DNA from: an uncultured delta proteobacterium
GTDB taxonomy: Bacteria > Myxococcota_A > Polyangia > Polyangiales > Polyangiaceae
Direction of reading: 5' to 3'
Assembly (NCBI GenBank): GCA_963782055.1
Contig: CAWAIF010000003.1
Span: 5,408,001-5,472,000, forward strand
DNA length: 64,000 nucleotides
Shown piece by piece: positions 1 through 14,781 of this stretch (within the stretch, counting starts at the first letter, position 1; every line of letters begins with the position of its first letter). The position numbers and the translations under genes are program-made. Under the pieces are notes generated by a model. The model was given only the letters and a program-made list of their open reading frames with translations, was not told the origin of the DNA and did not search any database.

Positions 1-650
1 AGCCGGAAGATCTCGTAACCGACGGCCGGCCCGAACGCGGCGGCGACTGGCCAGGGCCCTAGCGACCGGCGGCCGTGCGCGACCACCATCGCCACTGCCG
101 AGGCGATCACCATGGCCGGCCCCTCCGGCCGCAGGACGCCGAGCAGCGCCGTAGCCGCCGCCCACCACGCCACATTTCCGCGGGCGATCGCGAGCAGCAG
201 GACTCCCATGGTGAGGACGCAGAGCGGCGTCTCCAGCCCGCTCGGTGCCCAGTAGTGGAGTGAACCAGTCAGCGCGCAGGCGAGCACGACCATCGCCTGC
301 CCCATCCGGGTGGCGCCGAGCTCGCGCGCCAGCCGCGCACCCACCGCCACGCCCGCAGCGACGAGCAGGATGCCGGCGAAGCGCGAGAACACGATGTAGC
401 CCACACCCAGCCCTCGCGCGGCGACGAGGACGGCGAGCCAGGCGGGCGAGCTCATGCACTCCACATGGTCACCCGCGTTAAACACCGGGCCATGTCCGGC
501 GAGCACGTTGTCGGCGACGCGGTCGTAGATGAAGGAGTCGTCCCCGCGCTGGTCGGCGAAGAAGTGCGCCAGCGCGACGTAGACCACGCAGCCCACGGCG
601 AGCACACCCCACGCTGCCGCGTTCCTCCGGAGGCTCGCGCGGTCGATCAT
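1..650 (-). CDS. Membrane glycosyltransferase, GT-C/AftB-like (partial, runs off window start)
   Basis: My translation from the ATG at 650 (ATGA overlap with the upstream stop): MIDRASLRRNAAAWGVLAVG...GDDSFIYDRVADNVLAGHGPVFNAGDHVECMSSPAW...SGLETPL...LRPEG. DD..I..R.A.N...G.G..FN motif plus several hydrophobic segments. Not in the ORF track. Confidence 0.7.
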   Translation of the reverse strand, partial: MIDRASLRRNAAAWGVLAVGCVVYVALAHFFADQRGDDSFIYDRVADNVLAGHGPVFNAGDHVECMSSPAWLAVLVAARGLGVGYIVFSRFAGILLVAAGVAVGARLARELGATRMGQAMVVLACALTGSLHYWAPSGLETPLCVLTMGVLLLAIARGNVAWWAAATALLGVLRPEGPAMVIASAVAMVVAHGRRSLGPWPVAAAFGPAVGYEIFR

Positions 651-1864
651 CGTTCCCTGCCCGGCGCACGGGCGAGAACCTGCTCGGCCTTCTCGAGCAC
701 CGCCCTCGCGCTCATCGCGCCCTTGTAGACGTAGAGCGCGGCGTCGTCCACGTCGCCGAGCACGTCCTCACTCACGCGCAGGCGCGAGCTCACGGCGAAG
801 AGGATGGGCTCGGGCAGCCCCGCGCGGGCGAGCTCCACGCGACGCCACACCGCGTCGCGGCTCCAGTAGCCCAGCACCTCGAGGAACACCCGCCGCCCGT
901 CCTTCTCCAGCGCCAGGTCGGGCGCACACAGGCCGACGCCGGGCAGGTGCAAGAGCTCGCTCGCCGGGCGGGCGGTCCAGCCGCCCTTCGCCTTCTTCAC
1001 GGCGCTCGCCAGCGCCTCCACCTCGTCCGGCAGGCGGGCGGGCGCGCCACCGCCGCCCGAGCCGCCCTCCAGCCGGAAGACCAGGGCCTCGCGGTCCTTG
1101 CCCCAGCGCACGTCCGCCTCCAGCGCGAAGCGCTCGCACGCCTCCAGCGCGGGCAGCGCGAGCGCGAGCTGCAGGCCGTACTTGGTGCTCGCGTCGAAGA
1201 GGCTCATCGGGCCGTCGATGACCAGCCGGTACGCCCCGCGCTGCTCCGCGTCCGGCTCCACCGTGAAGAGCAGGCGCAGGAACTTGAGCTTGTGAAAGAG
1301 CGCGCGCGCCGCCCCGGGCGCGCCGCACGTCACCCGTACCCGCAAGCGCACCGCGCGCAGCAGCACCGCCTGGTCCATCGCGCGCTCGTACGCGTCGACC
1401 AGACCGATGGGGTCGGCGCGATCGAAGCGCACCAGCGGGTGCGCGGCGCGCAGGTCGGCGTACAGGCCCCGCTCCACGTCCTCGGCGGTCACGCCGTGCT
1501 CCGCCGCCGCGGCGTTCACCAGCGCCGCGCGATCGATGCGCCCGTGCTCACGCCGCGCCGCGGACGCGGCCCCGAAGAGCGCGCCACGCAGCGCCTCCGG
1601 GTCCACCGGCGGCGCCGCCTGGAACTCGCACCGGTCGAGCACCAGCTTGAGCAGCCCGGCGTGGACGCGCGTGTCGCGCGGCTCGTGCGCGACCCCCGAC
1701 AGCGCCTGCTCCACCTCCCCCCGCGCCGCCCCCAGGTACGACGACGCCGTCGCCGTGAGCTCGCGCGCGATGCCGACGGCGCGAACGCGGGCCTTCGCAT
1801 CCAGCCGCGACACGAGGAGCTGCCCGTCCTTGCGGCGGGCGCGCACGTGTTCGGTGAGCAGCAC
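647..1864 (-). CDS. DUF790 family (Bax1-like) predicted endonuclease
   Basis: LYADL, IDGPMSLFDASTKYGLQLA and C-terminal PDL...LEVLGYW (PD-(D/E)xK-like) motifs; close to an XPB-like helicase. Confidence 0.85.
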   Translation of the reverse strand: MLLTEHVRARRKDGQLLVSRLDAKARVRAVGIARELTATASSYLGAARGEVEQALSGVAHEPRDTRVHAGLLKLVLDRCEFQAAPPVDPEALRGALFGAASAARREHGRIDRAALVNAAAAEHGVTAEDVERGLYADLRAAHPLVRFDRADPIGLVDAYERAMDQAVLLRAVRLRVRVTCGAPGAARALFHKLKFLRLLFTVEPDAEQRGAYRLVIDGPMSLFDASTKYGLQLALALPALEACERFALEADVRWGKDREALVFRLEGGSGGGGAPARLPDEVEALASAVKKAKGGWTARPASELLHLPGVGLCAPDLALEKDGRRVFLEVLGYWSRDAVWRRVELARAGLPEPILFAVSSRLRVSEDVLGDVDDAALYVYKGAMSARAVLEKAEQVLARAPGRER

Positions 1865-1913
1865 GCCCGAAACCTAGCAGTTTGACGGAGCCGCGGGGCG
1901 CACGTTATCCGGT

Positions 1914-2672
1914 ATGGAGGTGGCGCTCATCCGTATCCTCGCGGCGGCCGCGGCCCTCGGCGCGACCCTCCACGCGACTCCCGCCGCGGCGCAGGGCTGC
2001 CCGGTTCCCGGCGGCGCGAGGCCCCGACTGGCGGCCGCGGACGCGAGCGCGCGGCTCTCCTTCGTGCGCGGCGAGCTCGACGCGCAGGCCGCCTTCGCAC
2101 ACGAGTGGACCACCGCGTGGCTCTCCATCAACACAGTCGTGACCGCGGGCGCGTTCGGCCTCGCCGCCATCGCCTCCGACGAGACGGATCGCGACGACAA
2201 CCTCATCGCCGGCGGGTTCGCCACCGCCAATGCCTTCGCGGGCCTGCTCTTCCGCCTTCGCGTGGAGTCGGATGCCCCGCGCCTCGACGCGCTCGCGCGG
2301 ACGCTGGGCGACGGCGCCGCGATGCGCTGCCTGCTGCTCGCGCGGGGCGAGCAGCTCTTCGCGCGCGACGCCGCCGATCAGCGCGCGAGCGCCGGCTGGT
2401 TCGCGCACGCGCTCGCGGTGGTCGGCAACGGCGCGCTCTTCGTCATCCTGGGTCCGGTCCTCGGCCACTGGGCGGACGCGGTGCTCGACACCGTCGGCGG
2501 CCTCCTCCTCAACGAAGCGCAGATCTTCACGCAGCCCACCGGCCTGGTCTCCGCGTGGCAGCGCTACCGGCGCGGCGATCTCTCGCGACCCGGCGCCACG
2601 CGGAGCTCCCTCCGCCTGGGACCGGCCCCGGCGCGTGGCGCGCTCGGCCTCGGCCTCTACGCCTCCTTCTGA
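1914..2672 (+). CDS. Hypothetical exported/membrane protein
   Basis: Signal peptide (...PAAAQG), 3-4 hydrophobic segments, C-terminal LGLGLYASF. Confidence 0.6.
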   Translation: MEVALIRILAAAAALGATLHATPAAAQGCPVPGGARPRLAAADASARLSFVRGELDAQAAFAHEWTTAWLSINTVVTAGAFGLAAIASDETDRDDNLIAGGFATANAFAGLLFRLRVESDAPRLDALARTLGDGAAMRCLLLARGEQLFARDAADQRASAGWFAHALAVVGNGALFVILGPVLGHWADAVLDTVGGLLLNEAQIFTQPTGLVSAWQRYRRGDLSRPGATRSSLRLGPAPARGALGLGLYASF

Positions 2673-3534
2673 TCACTCCTTCACGCGCAGCGGGACCACC
2701 AGGTAGCGAGAGCCGTTGGCGTGCGGAGGCGGCAGGCGGCCGGCATCCACGTTCACCTGCACGCTCGGCCAGAGTAGCCGCGGGGCGGAGAGCGTCTTGT
2801 CGCGCGACTCGCGCTCGCGCACGAAGTCCTCCTCGCGAGTCGAAGCGCGCAGCCGCACGTTGCGCTCCTTCTCGCTCCCGATGGTGGTCTCCCACATCAC
2901 GTCGCGGCCGCCCGGCTGGTAGTCGTGGCCGACGAACACGCGCGTGGCGTCGGGCAGGGCGTAGAGCTTGCCGTGGACGGAGGCGTACAGCGCCGCGGCG
3001 CTCCCGCGCGGGAAGTCGCAGCGGCCCGTGCCGTAGTCGTCCATGAAGAGCGCATCCCCGGTGAAGACCGCGTCGCCGACGAGGTAGCTCACGCACGCGG
3101 GCGTGTGCCCGGGCGTCGACAGCACGCGCACGTCCAGCGAGCCCGCGTGGACCACCTCACCATCGCCGAGCAGCGCGTTCGAACTGGCTGCCGTCGGCGC
3201 GGAACGTCGGGCCCAGGTCGAGCATGTCCTTGAAGGTCTCCTGCACCTCGGTGATGCGCTTCCCGATGGCGATCTTCGCGCCGTAGCGCGACTTGAGCCA
3301 CTGCGCGCCGCTCAGGTGGTCGGCGTGGGCGTGCGTCTCCAGCACGTAGCGCAGCTCGAGCTGGTGGGCCTCGATCACGTCCGCCACGCGCTGCAGGGAC
3401 CGCGTCTCGACGGTGCCGCCGGCGGGGTCGTAGTCGAGCACCGGATCGATCACCACGGCGTCCCGCGTGGCGGCGTCGAAGACGACGTAGGTCAGCGTGG
3501 ACGTGGCGGGATCGTAGAGCGGACGGATTTCCAT
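2673..3534 (-). pseudogene. MBL-fold persulfide dioxygenase (ETHE1/Blh-like), split by a +1 frameshift near 3178
   Basis: The N-half has IDPVLD and THAHADHLS; the C-half has [22 protein letters not shown] and GHDY. Removing one A from minus-strand GAAC (3180-3177) restores [15 protein letters not shown]. Confidence 0.8.
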
Positions 3535-3585
3535 GACGGTAGGAGGCAGCGGCGGGCCCAAAGGAGTCGCCAGAGCCACCCGACC

Positions 3586-4944
<1,359 letters not shown>

Positions 4945-5116
4945 CTGGCAACCCAATCCGGGCAGCCGCCCGAACGCCCGATCGTTAGCACGCACACGCT
5001 CCGCTCACCGGGGGGATGCGGCGCGACGGCCGAGGCATGACGCGCCGCGACAAGCGGATGCAACGAATTACAAGTCGATGACAATCGTAAGTCCATGGAA
5101 TGCTTAGCTGCCGCGC

Positions 5117-6673
5117 ATGCACGTCGCCCTTTGCACGGCCTATTTCGCGGTGCTCCTCCTGCTGGCCAGCTACGGCCTCCACCGGTCCCACCTCGTCTTC
5201 ACGTGCCTGCGCCTCCGCAAGAAGCTGGCGGCCCTCCGCAACGTCCCGCCGGCGGACGCCAGCGAGGACGCCCTGCCACACGTGACCATCCAGCTCCCCC
5301 TCTTCAACGAGGCCACGGTCGCGGTGCGGCTGCTCGAGCACGTCGCCCGCCTGGACTACCCGCGCGACCGCCTGGAAATCCAGGTGCTGGACGACTCGAC
5401 CGACGAGACCGAGGCCCTCGTCAGGGCGGCCATCCGCCGCTTCGCCGACGACCCCACCACCTCTGACCTGGACATCGTCTACATCCACCGCACCGACCGC
5501 ACCGGTTACAAGGCCGGCGCCCTCGACAACGGCCTGAAGAGCTGCAAGGGCGAGCTTGTCGCCATCTTCGACGCGGACTTCCTGCCGCAGCCGAGCTTCG
5601 TCCGCTCCCTGGTCCCCCACTTCTCCGACGCCAAGGTGGGGATGGTGCAGGCCCGCTGGGGCCACCTCAACCGCGCCCACTCCCTGCTGACCCGCGTGCA
5701 GGCGCTGATGCTCGACGGCCACCACCTGGTGGAGAACCGCGCCCGCACCGCCGCCGGCTGGCTCTTCAACTTCTCCGGCACCGGCGGCATGTGGCGCAAG
5801 GAAGCCATCTTCACCAGCGGCGGCTGGCAGCACGACACCCTGACCGAGGACCTGGACCTCAGCTACCGCGCGCAGATGGCGGGCTGGAAGTTCGTCTACC
5901 GCGAGGACGTGGTCACCCCGGCCGAGCTGCCGGAGGACGTGAGCGCCTTCCGCGCGCAGCAGTTCCGCTGGGCCAAGGGTACCGTGCAGACCGCGCGCAA
6001 GCTGATGAAGCGCGTGTCCACCTCCAACCTCACCCTGGGCCAGCGCGTCGAGGCCTTCTTCCACCTGACGCCCCACTTCGCCTACCCGCTGATGGTGGTG
6101 CTGAGCGTGCTGCTGCTCCCCGCCCTCATCCTCATGCCCGCGACCAACCCCCGGACGATGCTCCTCATCGACCTCCCGCTCTGCATCGGGACGACTGGCT
6201 CCCTCGCCGCGTTCTACGCCATGGCGGAGGCGGCCCAGGGTCGCGGCCGCATCGAGGCCTTCAAGCAGCTCCCTGCGCTCCTCGCCCTGGGCGCGGGCCT
6301 GGCGCCCCACCTCAGCAAGGCCGTCTACGAGGGCCTTCACACCATGGCCGGCGAGTTCGTGCGTACGCCCAAGAAGGGCGTCGGCGCCAAGGGCGGGCAG
6401 CGCTACCGCGCGGCGGCGGACCTCCCCCTCGTCGAGATCGCCCTCTGCCTGGTCTCGCTGGGCAGCAGCTTGGCCTCGCTGGAGACTGGCCACTGGTTCG
6501 CCACGCCCTTCGCGCTCATCTTCACCTTCGGCTACGGCTACGTCGCCACCCTGGTGGTGGCGGAGCAGCTCGCGCGCCGCCGCTCCGCCGAGGACGTGCT
6601 CCTCGCGCCCGATGGCGCCGACAGCGTGCCCCCCGCCGAGCGGGTGGGCTCGGTCGGCGATCTGGCGGCCTGA
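5117..6673 (+). CDS. Processive GT2 glycosyltransferase (cellulose-synthase-like)
   Basis: QLPLFNE, DDSTD, YKAGAL, DAD, TEDLD and QQFRW (D,D,D,QxxRW); N- and C-terminal TM helices. Confidence 0.9.
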   Translation: MHVALCTAYFAVLLLLASYGLHRSHLVFTCLRLRKKLAALRNVPPADASEDALPHVTIQLPLFNEATVAVRLLEHVARLDYPRDRLEIQVLDDSTDETEALVRAAIRRFADDPTTSDLDIVYIHRTDRTGYKAGALDNGLKSCKGELVAIFDADFLPQPSFVRSLVPHFSDAKVGMVQARWGHLNRAHSLLTRVQALMLDGHHLVENRARTAAGWLFNFSGTGGMWRKEAIFTSGGWQHDTLTEDLDLSYRAQMAGWKFVYREDVVTPAELPEDVSAFRAQQFRWAKGTVQTARKLMKRVSTSNLTLGQRVEAFFHLTPHFAYPLMVVLSVLLLPALILMPATNPRTMLLIDLPLCIGTTGSLAAFYAMAEAAQGRGRIEAFKQLPALLALGAGLAPHLSKAVYEGLHTMAGEFVRTPKKGVGAKGGQRYRAAADLPLVEIALCLVSLGSSLASLETGHWFATPFALIFTFGYGYVATLVVAEQLARRRSAEDVLLAPDGADSVPPAERVGSVGDLAA

Positions 6674-6679
6674 GCCTCA

Positions 6680-6765
6680 CCTCGCCTCTCCGCCTCACCC
6701 CGCCTCACCCCCCGACCCCCTCTCCCTACGAGGGAGAGGGGGAGAAGAGAGGGGAAGAGGCGAGG
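6680..6765 (+). repeat. REP-like palindromic element, copy 1 (nested hairpin)
   Basis: CCTCACCCCCCGA-CCCCCTCTCCCT-ACG-AGGGAGAGGGGG at 6703-6742, with outer arms CCTCGCCTCT/AGAGGCGAGG. Confidence 0.75.
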
Positions 6766-6851
6766 CGAAGGGGGGGTGTGTTTTGGCGTGGCGCGCGAGC
6801 TGTAAAAACGCTTACCATCCAGGCACCTAGCCAACGGGGGCCCGCGCCGCA

Positions 6852-7187
6852 ATGACCAAGGCAGAGATCGTCCAGGCCATCTACAGCCGCGTCGGCGGCT
6901 TCTCCAAGAAGGAGTCGGCCGACATCGTCGACCTCGTCTTCGAGATGATGAAGGAGACGCTGGGCCGCGGCGAGAAGATCAAGGTGAGCGGCTTCGGCAA
7001 CTTCGTCCTGCGCGACAAGCGCCAGCGACCCGGCCGCAACCCCCAGACGGGCGACCCCATCAAGATCAGCGAGCGGCGCGTCCTCACCTTCAAGGCGAGC
7101 CAGATCCTCAAGCACGCGCTCAACCCGCGCGACGACGGCAACGGCGGTCCCGACACGAACGGTGGCGGCGGAAGCTCCGACGAGTGA
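6852..7187 (+). CDS. ihfA: Integration host factor alpha subunit
   Basis: MTKAEI...KVSGFGNFVLRDKRQRPGRNPQTG...RRVLTFKASQILK; followed by a MerR gene, as is typical for ihfA. Confidence 0.9.
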   Translation: MTKAEIVQAIYSRVGGFSKKESADIVDLVFEMMKETLGRGEKIKVSGFGNFVLRDKRQRPGRNPQTGDPIKISERRVLTFKASQILKHALNPRDDGNGGPDTNGGGGSSDE

Positions 7188-7612
7188 GCTCGGCACGCCC
7201 GATGAACGAACGCCGCCTCCCGGACAAGCTCTACTTCCGCATCGGGGAGGTGGCCGACCTGGTCGGGGTGGAGCGGCACGTTCTGCGCTACTGGGAGCGC
7301 GAGTTCCGCACCAGCGTCCGCCCGACCAAGAGCGCCAAGGGCCACCGCATCTACTCCCGCCGCGACGTGGAGAACCTGCTGCGGGTCCGCGACCTGCTCT
7401 ACACCCACGGATTCACCATCGCCGGCGCGCGCAAGCGCATGCAGCGCCCCGGCGCGGCGAAGGTCGAGGAGCAGCAGGCGTCGGCCGATGCGGCGGGGGA
7501 CGGGGCGCCGACGCCCGCGTCGACCGCTCGCGAGGGACACACCCGCGAGACGCTCCTCGCCGTCCGCTCGGAGATCGAGGCCTTCCTCGATGAGCTCGGC
7601 TCCGGCGGGTAG
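7184..7612 (+). CDS. MerR-family HTH regulator (ihfA-linked type)
   Basis: KLYFRIGEVA...HVLRYWEREF...GHRIYSRRDV...GFTIAGA; alternative ATG at 7202. Confidence 0.9.
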   Translation: MSSARPMNERRLPDKLYFRIGEVADLVGVERHVLRYWEREFRTSVRPTKSAKGHRIYSRRDVENLLRVRDLLYTHGFTIAGARKRMQRPGAAKVEEQQASADAAGDGAPTPASTAREGHTRETLLAVRSEIEAFLDELGSGG

Positions 7613-8225
7613 CCTCGTCGTCGAGGTGCCGGCCGGGTGGGTGAACGACGCCTCCGTCGCGGCGCCGGACCTGTCGCAGGCGCCTCGGCTCACGCTGGAG
7701 GGCTGGTACGGCGCGCGCTCGCCGGACGGACACGCCCGCCTGGTGTGGGGAGCCTTCCGCGCTGACGCCGCCGGCTGGGCGCCGGAGGCGAACGAGCTCG
7801 CGCTCCACAAACTCCTCGGGACCGCGTCGTCCACGGCCGCGCGCGCGCGCGGCGAGGGCACGATGCACGTCGTCGCCAGCGGCCCCGCCGGACGCTTGAC
7901 GCGTCAAACATGGGCGGGCGACGGCCTCGAGGGCGCCGGCCTCCTCGGCTTCACCGGCGATCAGGTCCACGCCGCCTTCGCCGTCTGCGTCGCCGACCGC
8001 GGCGCGACGCCCCCCGCGGACTGCGCCCGCGCCGCGCGCTCCGCCACGCTCCGCGGCCCGCTCGACGCCCCGCCACCTCCCACCCTCGCCATGCGCGCCG
8101 GGCTCGCCCTGGTGCACCATCCGCGCGCCGCGCAGCTCTCCCTGCTGGGCGCCCTCGTCGTTCTGGGGTGTCTGGCGATCGTCACCCGCCGCAGACCCGG
8201 GCGTAAATCACCATCGCGCGCGTGA
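7590..8225 (+). CDS. Hypothetical protein with C-terminal TM anchor and basic tail
   Basis: Fills the gap between MerR and the barrel gene; ends LLGALVVLGCLAIVTRRRPGRK; start uncertain. Confidence 0.45.
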   Translation: MSSAPAGSLVVEVPAGWVNDASVAAPDLSQAPRLTLEGWYGARSPDGHARLVWGAFRADAAGWAPEANELALHKLLGTASSTAARARGEGTMHVVASGPAGRLTRQTWAGDGLEGAGLLGFTGDQVHAAFAVCVADRGATPPADCARAARSATLRGPLDAPPPPTLAMRAGLALVHHPRAAQLSLLGALVVLGCLAIVTRRRPGRKSPSRA

Positions 8226-8253
8226 GAATACCCGTGTTACAAGCCCGAACACG

Positions 8254-10383
8254 ATGACGCTCACGTCGGCGGGCAAGGCCCCCTCCCCTCCGCTTGGCAG
8301 GTCGCGCTCAGGGCGCTTCGGGTCGCTCTTCATCGTGACGGCGATCGTCGCGTCGCTCGGTGCGGCCCGCGTCGCGCGCGCGCAGGGAGCGCCGCCGCCC
8401 GCCGGTTCCGCTGCTGCCGCGTCCGCCGCGCCCTCGTCGAGCGCCGCCGCCGCCCCGCCCGCCGCGAGCAGCGCGCGCGCGCCGCTGGTCCCGCCCGCCG
8501 CGGCCGCCGGCACCGGCGCCGCGACGCCTCCGCCCGTCACCACCGCCGCGCCCGCCACGCCGCCCCCCGCCGCCCCCAACCCCGACGTCGGCTTCGACAA
8601 GGGCGAGCTCGCGCGCCAGGGCTACGAGCGCCCCTCCACCGACGGCAGCATCGCCGCCCGGCCGAACGAGGTGTTCAGCGAGGACTGGTGGGGCCGCACC
8701 CGCCCCATCCTGGAGCTGCACGGCTACTTCCGCACCCGCGCCGAGCTGTTCCACAACTTCGCCCTCGGCCGCCACGACGACCCCAGCGGCTCCGGGCAGA
8801 ACCTCTGGCCCCAGCCGCTCGACAACAGCTACACCAACTCCGCGGGCGACGCGCGCACCCTCGCCCTCTGCGGCGACGACGGCAAGCAGGCCTGCAAGGA
8901 CCAGACGGAAGCCGGCGCCAACATGCGCTTCCGCATCAACCCCGAGCTGCACATCTCGGACAACCTCTCCATCAAGGCGCAGATCGACGCCTTCGACAAC
9001 CTGGTGCTCGGCTCCACGCCGGACGCCTACGCGATCCAGCCCGGCGTCAACGGCGGCTACGCCCCCACCGGCAACGGCTACAACGGCTACGCCCCCCTCG
9101 GCGGCTTCTCCACCACGCAGGGCCCGCCCACCGCCGGCATCAACAGCTTCGAGAACTCGGTCGCCTTCAAGCGCGCCTGGGCGGAGTACCTGACGCCCGT
9201 CGGCCAGCTGCGCTTCGGCCGCATGCCCAACCAGTGGGGCCTCGGCATGCTCGCCAACAGCGGCGACGACATCGACAGCGACTACCAGTCGACGAGCGAC
9301 CGCATCATGTTCGTCACCGGCATCAAGTCGCTCGACCTGTACTTCGCCGGCATGTGGGACTTCGTCAGCAGCGGCCCCACCAACGCCTCCGCCTATGATC
9401 TCTACGGCGGCCAGCCCACCAACACGTGCAACCTCTGCAACGTGAACCAGTGGGGCGCGGTCATCGTGCACAAGACCAACCCCGAGACGCAGAAGCTCAC
9501 CCTCGCGCGCGGCGGCCTCGTCCTCAACGGCGGCGTCTTCACCATCCTGCGCAGCCAGTACCTGGACGTATCGGACGGCCAGACCCCCATCACCGCCGAC
9601 ACCAACCCCGCCTCCGGCAGCGGCATCAGCGGCCTGGAGCGCCGGGACGCGTGGGCGCTCATCCCCGACCTCTGGTTCCAGGCGCTCTACCGCAAGTTCC
9701 GCTTCGAGGCGGAGGGCGCGGCCATCATCGGGCAGCTCGGCGCGCTCCCCGGCGGCACCTTCAACGGCAGCCAGCGCACCGACATCCGCCAGTGGGGCCT
9801 CACGACGCAGACGGAGTACACCGCGGTGGAGGACAAGCTCCACCTGAACTTCGGCTTCGGCTACGCCAGCGGCGACCCGTGGGTGGAGGGCCTCAACCCC
9901 GGCTCGAGCGGCCTGCAACCCGAGCTCAACGGCAAGGGTCCCATCTCCACCTTCCACTTCCACCCGGACTACCGGGTCGACCTCATCTTCTTCCGCCACA
10001 TCCTCTCGCGCGTCGAGGGCGCCTACTACTTCCGCCCCAGCGTGAACTACGACTTCTTGCGCAACGCCAATGGCCAGAAGTTCGGCGGCGGCGCGGCCTT
10101 CATCTGGAGCCGCGCGAGCGAGTTCATCCAGACGCCGGGCAACAAGCCCGACCTGGGGGTCGAGCTCGATCTGCAGCTGTACTACCAGGCCAAGGACGGC
10201 TCGCTGAACAACAACCCCTCCAAGGTCGGCGGCTTCTACACGATGCTCCAGTACGGCGTCTTCTTCCCCCTCGGCGGCCTGGGCTACCTCCCCAAGGAGC
10301 AGGCGGCCGTGCCGGGCATCGCCGACGGCTGGGACCTCTCCAGCGCGCAGACAGTCCGCTGGTACCTCGGCGTCGTATATTGA
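8254..10383 (+). CDS. Outer-membrane beta-barrel protein, TIGR04551-like (myxobacterial)
   Basis: Signal peptide, Ala/Pro linker, ELHGYFRTRAELFHNF, KRAWAEY, GRMPNQWGLG, FHPDYRVDLI; aromatic C-terminus (WYLGVVY). Confidence 0.7.
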   Translation: MTLTSAGKAPSPPLGRSRSGRFGSLFIVTAIVASLGAARVARAQGAPPPAGSAAAASAAPSSSAAAAPPAASSARAPLVPPAAAAGTGAATPPPVTTAAPATPPPAAPNPDVGFDKGELARQGYERPSTDGSIAARPNEVFSEDWWGRTRPILELHGYFRTRAELFHNFALGRHDDPSGSGQNLWPQPLDNSYTNSAGDARTLALCGDDGKQACKDQTEAGANMRFRINPELHISDNLSIKAQIDAFDNLVLGSTPDAYAIQPGVNGGYAPTGNGYNGYAPLGGFSTTQGPPTAGINSFENSVAFKRAWAEYLTPVGQLRFGRMPNQWGLGMLANSGDDIDSDYQSTSDRIMFVTGIKSLDLYFAGMWDFVSSGPTNASAYDLYGGQPTNTCNLCNVNQWGAVIVHKTNPETQKLTLARGGLVLNGGVFTILRSQYLDVSDGQTPITADTNPASGSGISGLERRDAWALIPDLWFQALYRKFRFEAEGAAIIGQLGALPGGTFNGSQRTDIRQWGLTTQTEYTAVEDKLHLNFGFGYASGDPWVEGLNPGSSGLQPELNGKGPISTFHFHPDYRVDLIFFRHILSRVEGAYYFRPSVNYDFLRNANGQKFGGGAAFIWSRASEFIQTPGNKPDLGVELDLQLYYQAKDGSLNNNPSKVGGFYTMLQYGVFFPLGGLGYLPKEQAAVPGIADGWDLSSAQTVRWYLGVVY

Positions 10384-10418
10384 CCGCCGCGAAATTGGGC
10401 GGACACTAGGCGGCGCGT

Positions 10419-11774
<1,356 letters not shown>

Positions 11775-11895
11775 GGATCGCCGCGGTCGGGGCATTCCAC
11801 CCCGCATTGCAGAACGCGCGAGACGACCTTCACATCTGCAACGAAGTGGCAGGCTCGAGCGGGGCTATCTTCCCGTTTTCTGGCGCCCCGAGGCA

Positions 11896-11910
11896 TGGCA
11901 CCACACTTGC
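11896..11910 (+). promoter_or_regulatory. Sigma54 (-24/-12) promoter
   Basis: TGGCAC-CACAC-TTGC matches TGGCAC-N5-TTGC exactly, about 30 nt upstream of the ATG at 11943. Confidence 0.8.
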
Positions 11911-11942
11911 GTAGGACCACTGCGGAAGGGAGTCCCGGGGTC

Positions 11943-12338
11943 ATGGCGCGCGTGCTCGTTGTCGACGACGATCGGTCTCACGCCAAGCAGCTGGCCATCG
12001 CGCTCCAGCTGGAGGGTATCGACGCGACGACAGCCGCGAGCGCCGCGGAGGCGGTGGAGGCCCTCTCCGCCGACCCGACCGATCTCGTCCTGCTCGAGCT
12101 CATGCTGCCCGGCACCAACGGCCTGGAGCTCGCCCGCTCCCTGCACACGCAGTTCCCGGACGTGCGCATCGTGCTGACCGGCGCGTACCACCTCTCCGAG
12201 CGGCAACTCGTGCGCTCCAACTGCGGCGCCCTCGGCTTCGTCCCCAAGCCCTGCAAGCCGGCGACCGTCGCCGAGTTCGTGCGGGGCAAGGTGCCGGCTT
12301 CCCCGCCCTCCAGCGCCCGCATCCCCTTCCCCCGGTAA
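11943..12338 (+). CDS. Single-domain response regulator with atypical Asp->Glu phospho-site
   Basis: VLVVDDD...DLVLLELMLPG...VLTG...FVPKP. Confidence 0.85.
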   Translation: MARVLVVDDDRSHAKQLAIALQLEGIDATTAASAAEAVEALSADPTDLVLLELMLPGTNGLELARSLHTQFPDVRIVLTGAYHLSERQLVRSNCGALGFVPKPCKPATVAEFVRGKVPASPPSSARIPFPR

Positions 12339-12395
12339 AACGCGCGCATCGGCCCTCGACACGGCCGCCGCGGCGAGAAAAGATGGCGGTGCGCG

Positions 12396-14764
<2,369 letters not shown>

Positions 14765-14781
14765 TACCCTGCAGCTTCGCG

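Noticed and set aside
7612..7700. tRNA-Pro often found after ihfA-merR
   Set aside because: No cloverleaf or T-loop (GTTCRA) motif visible.
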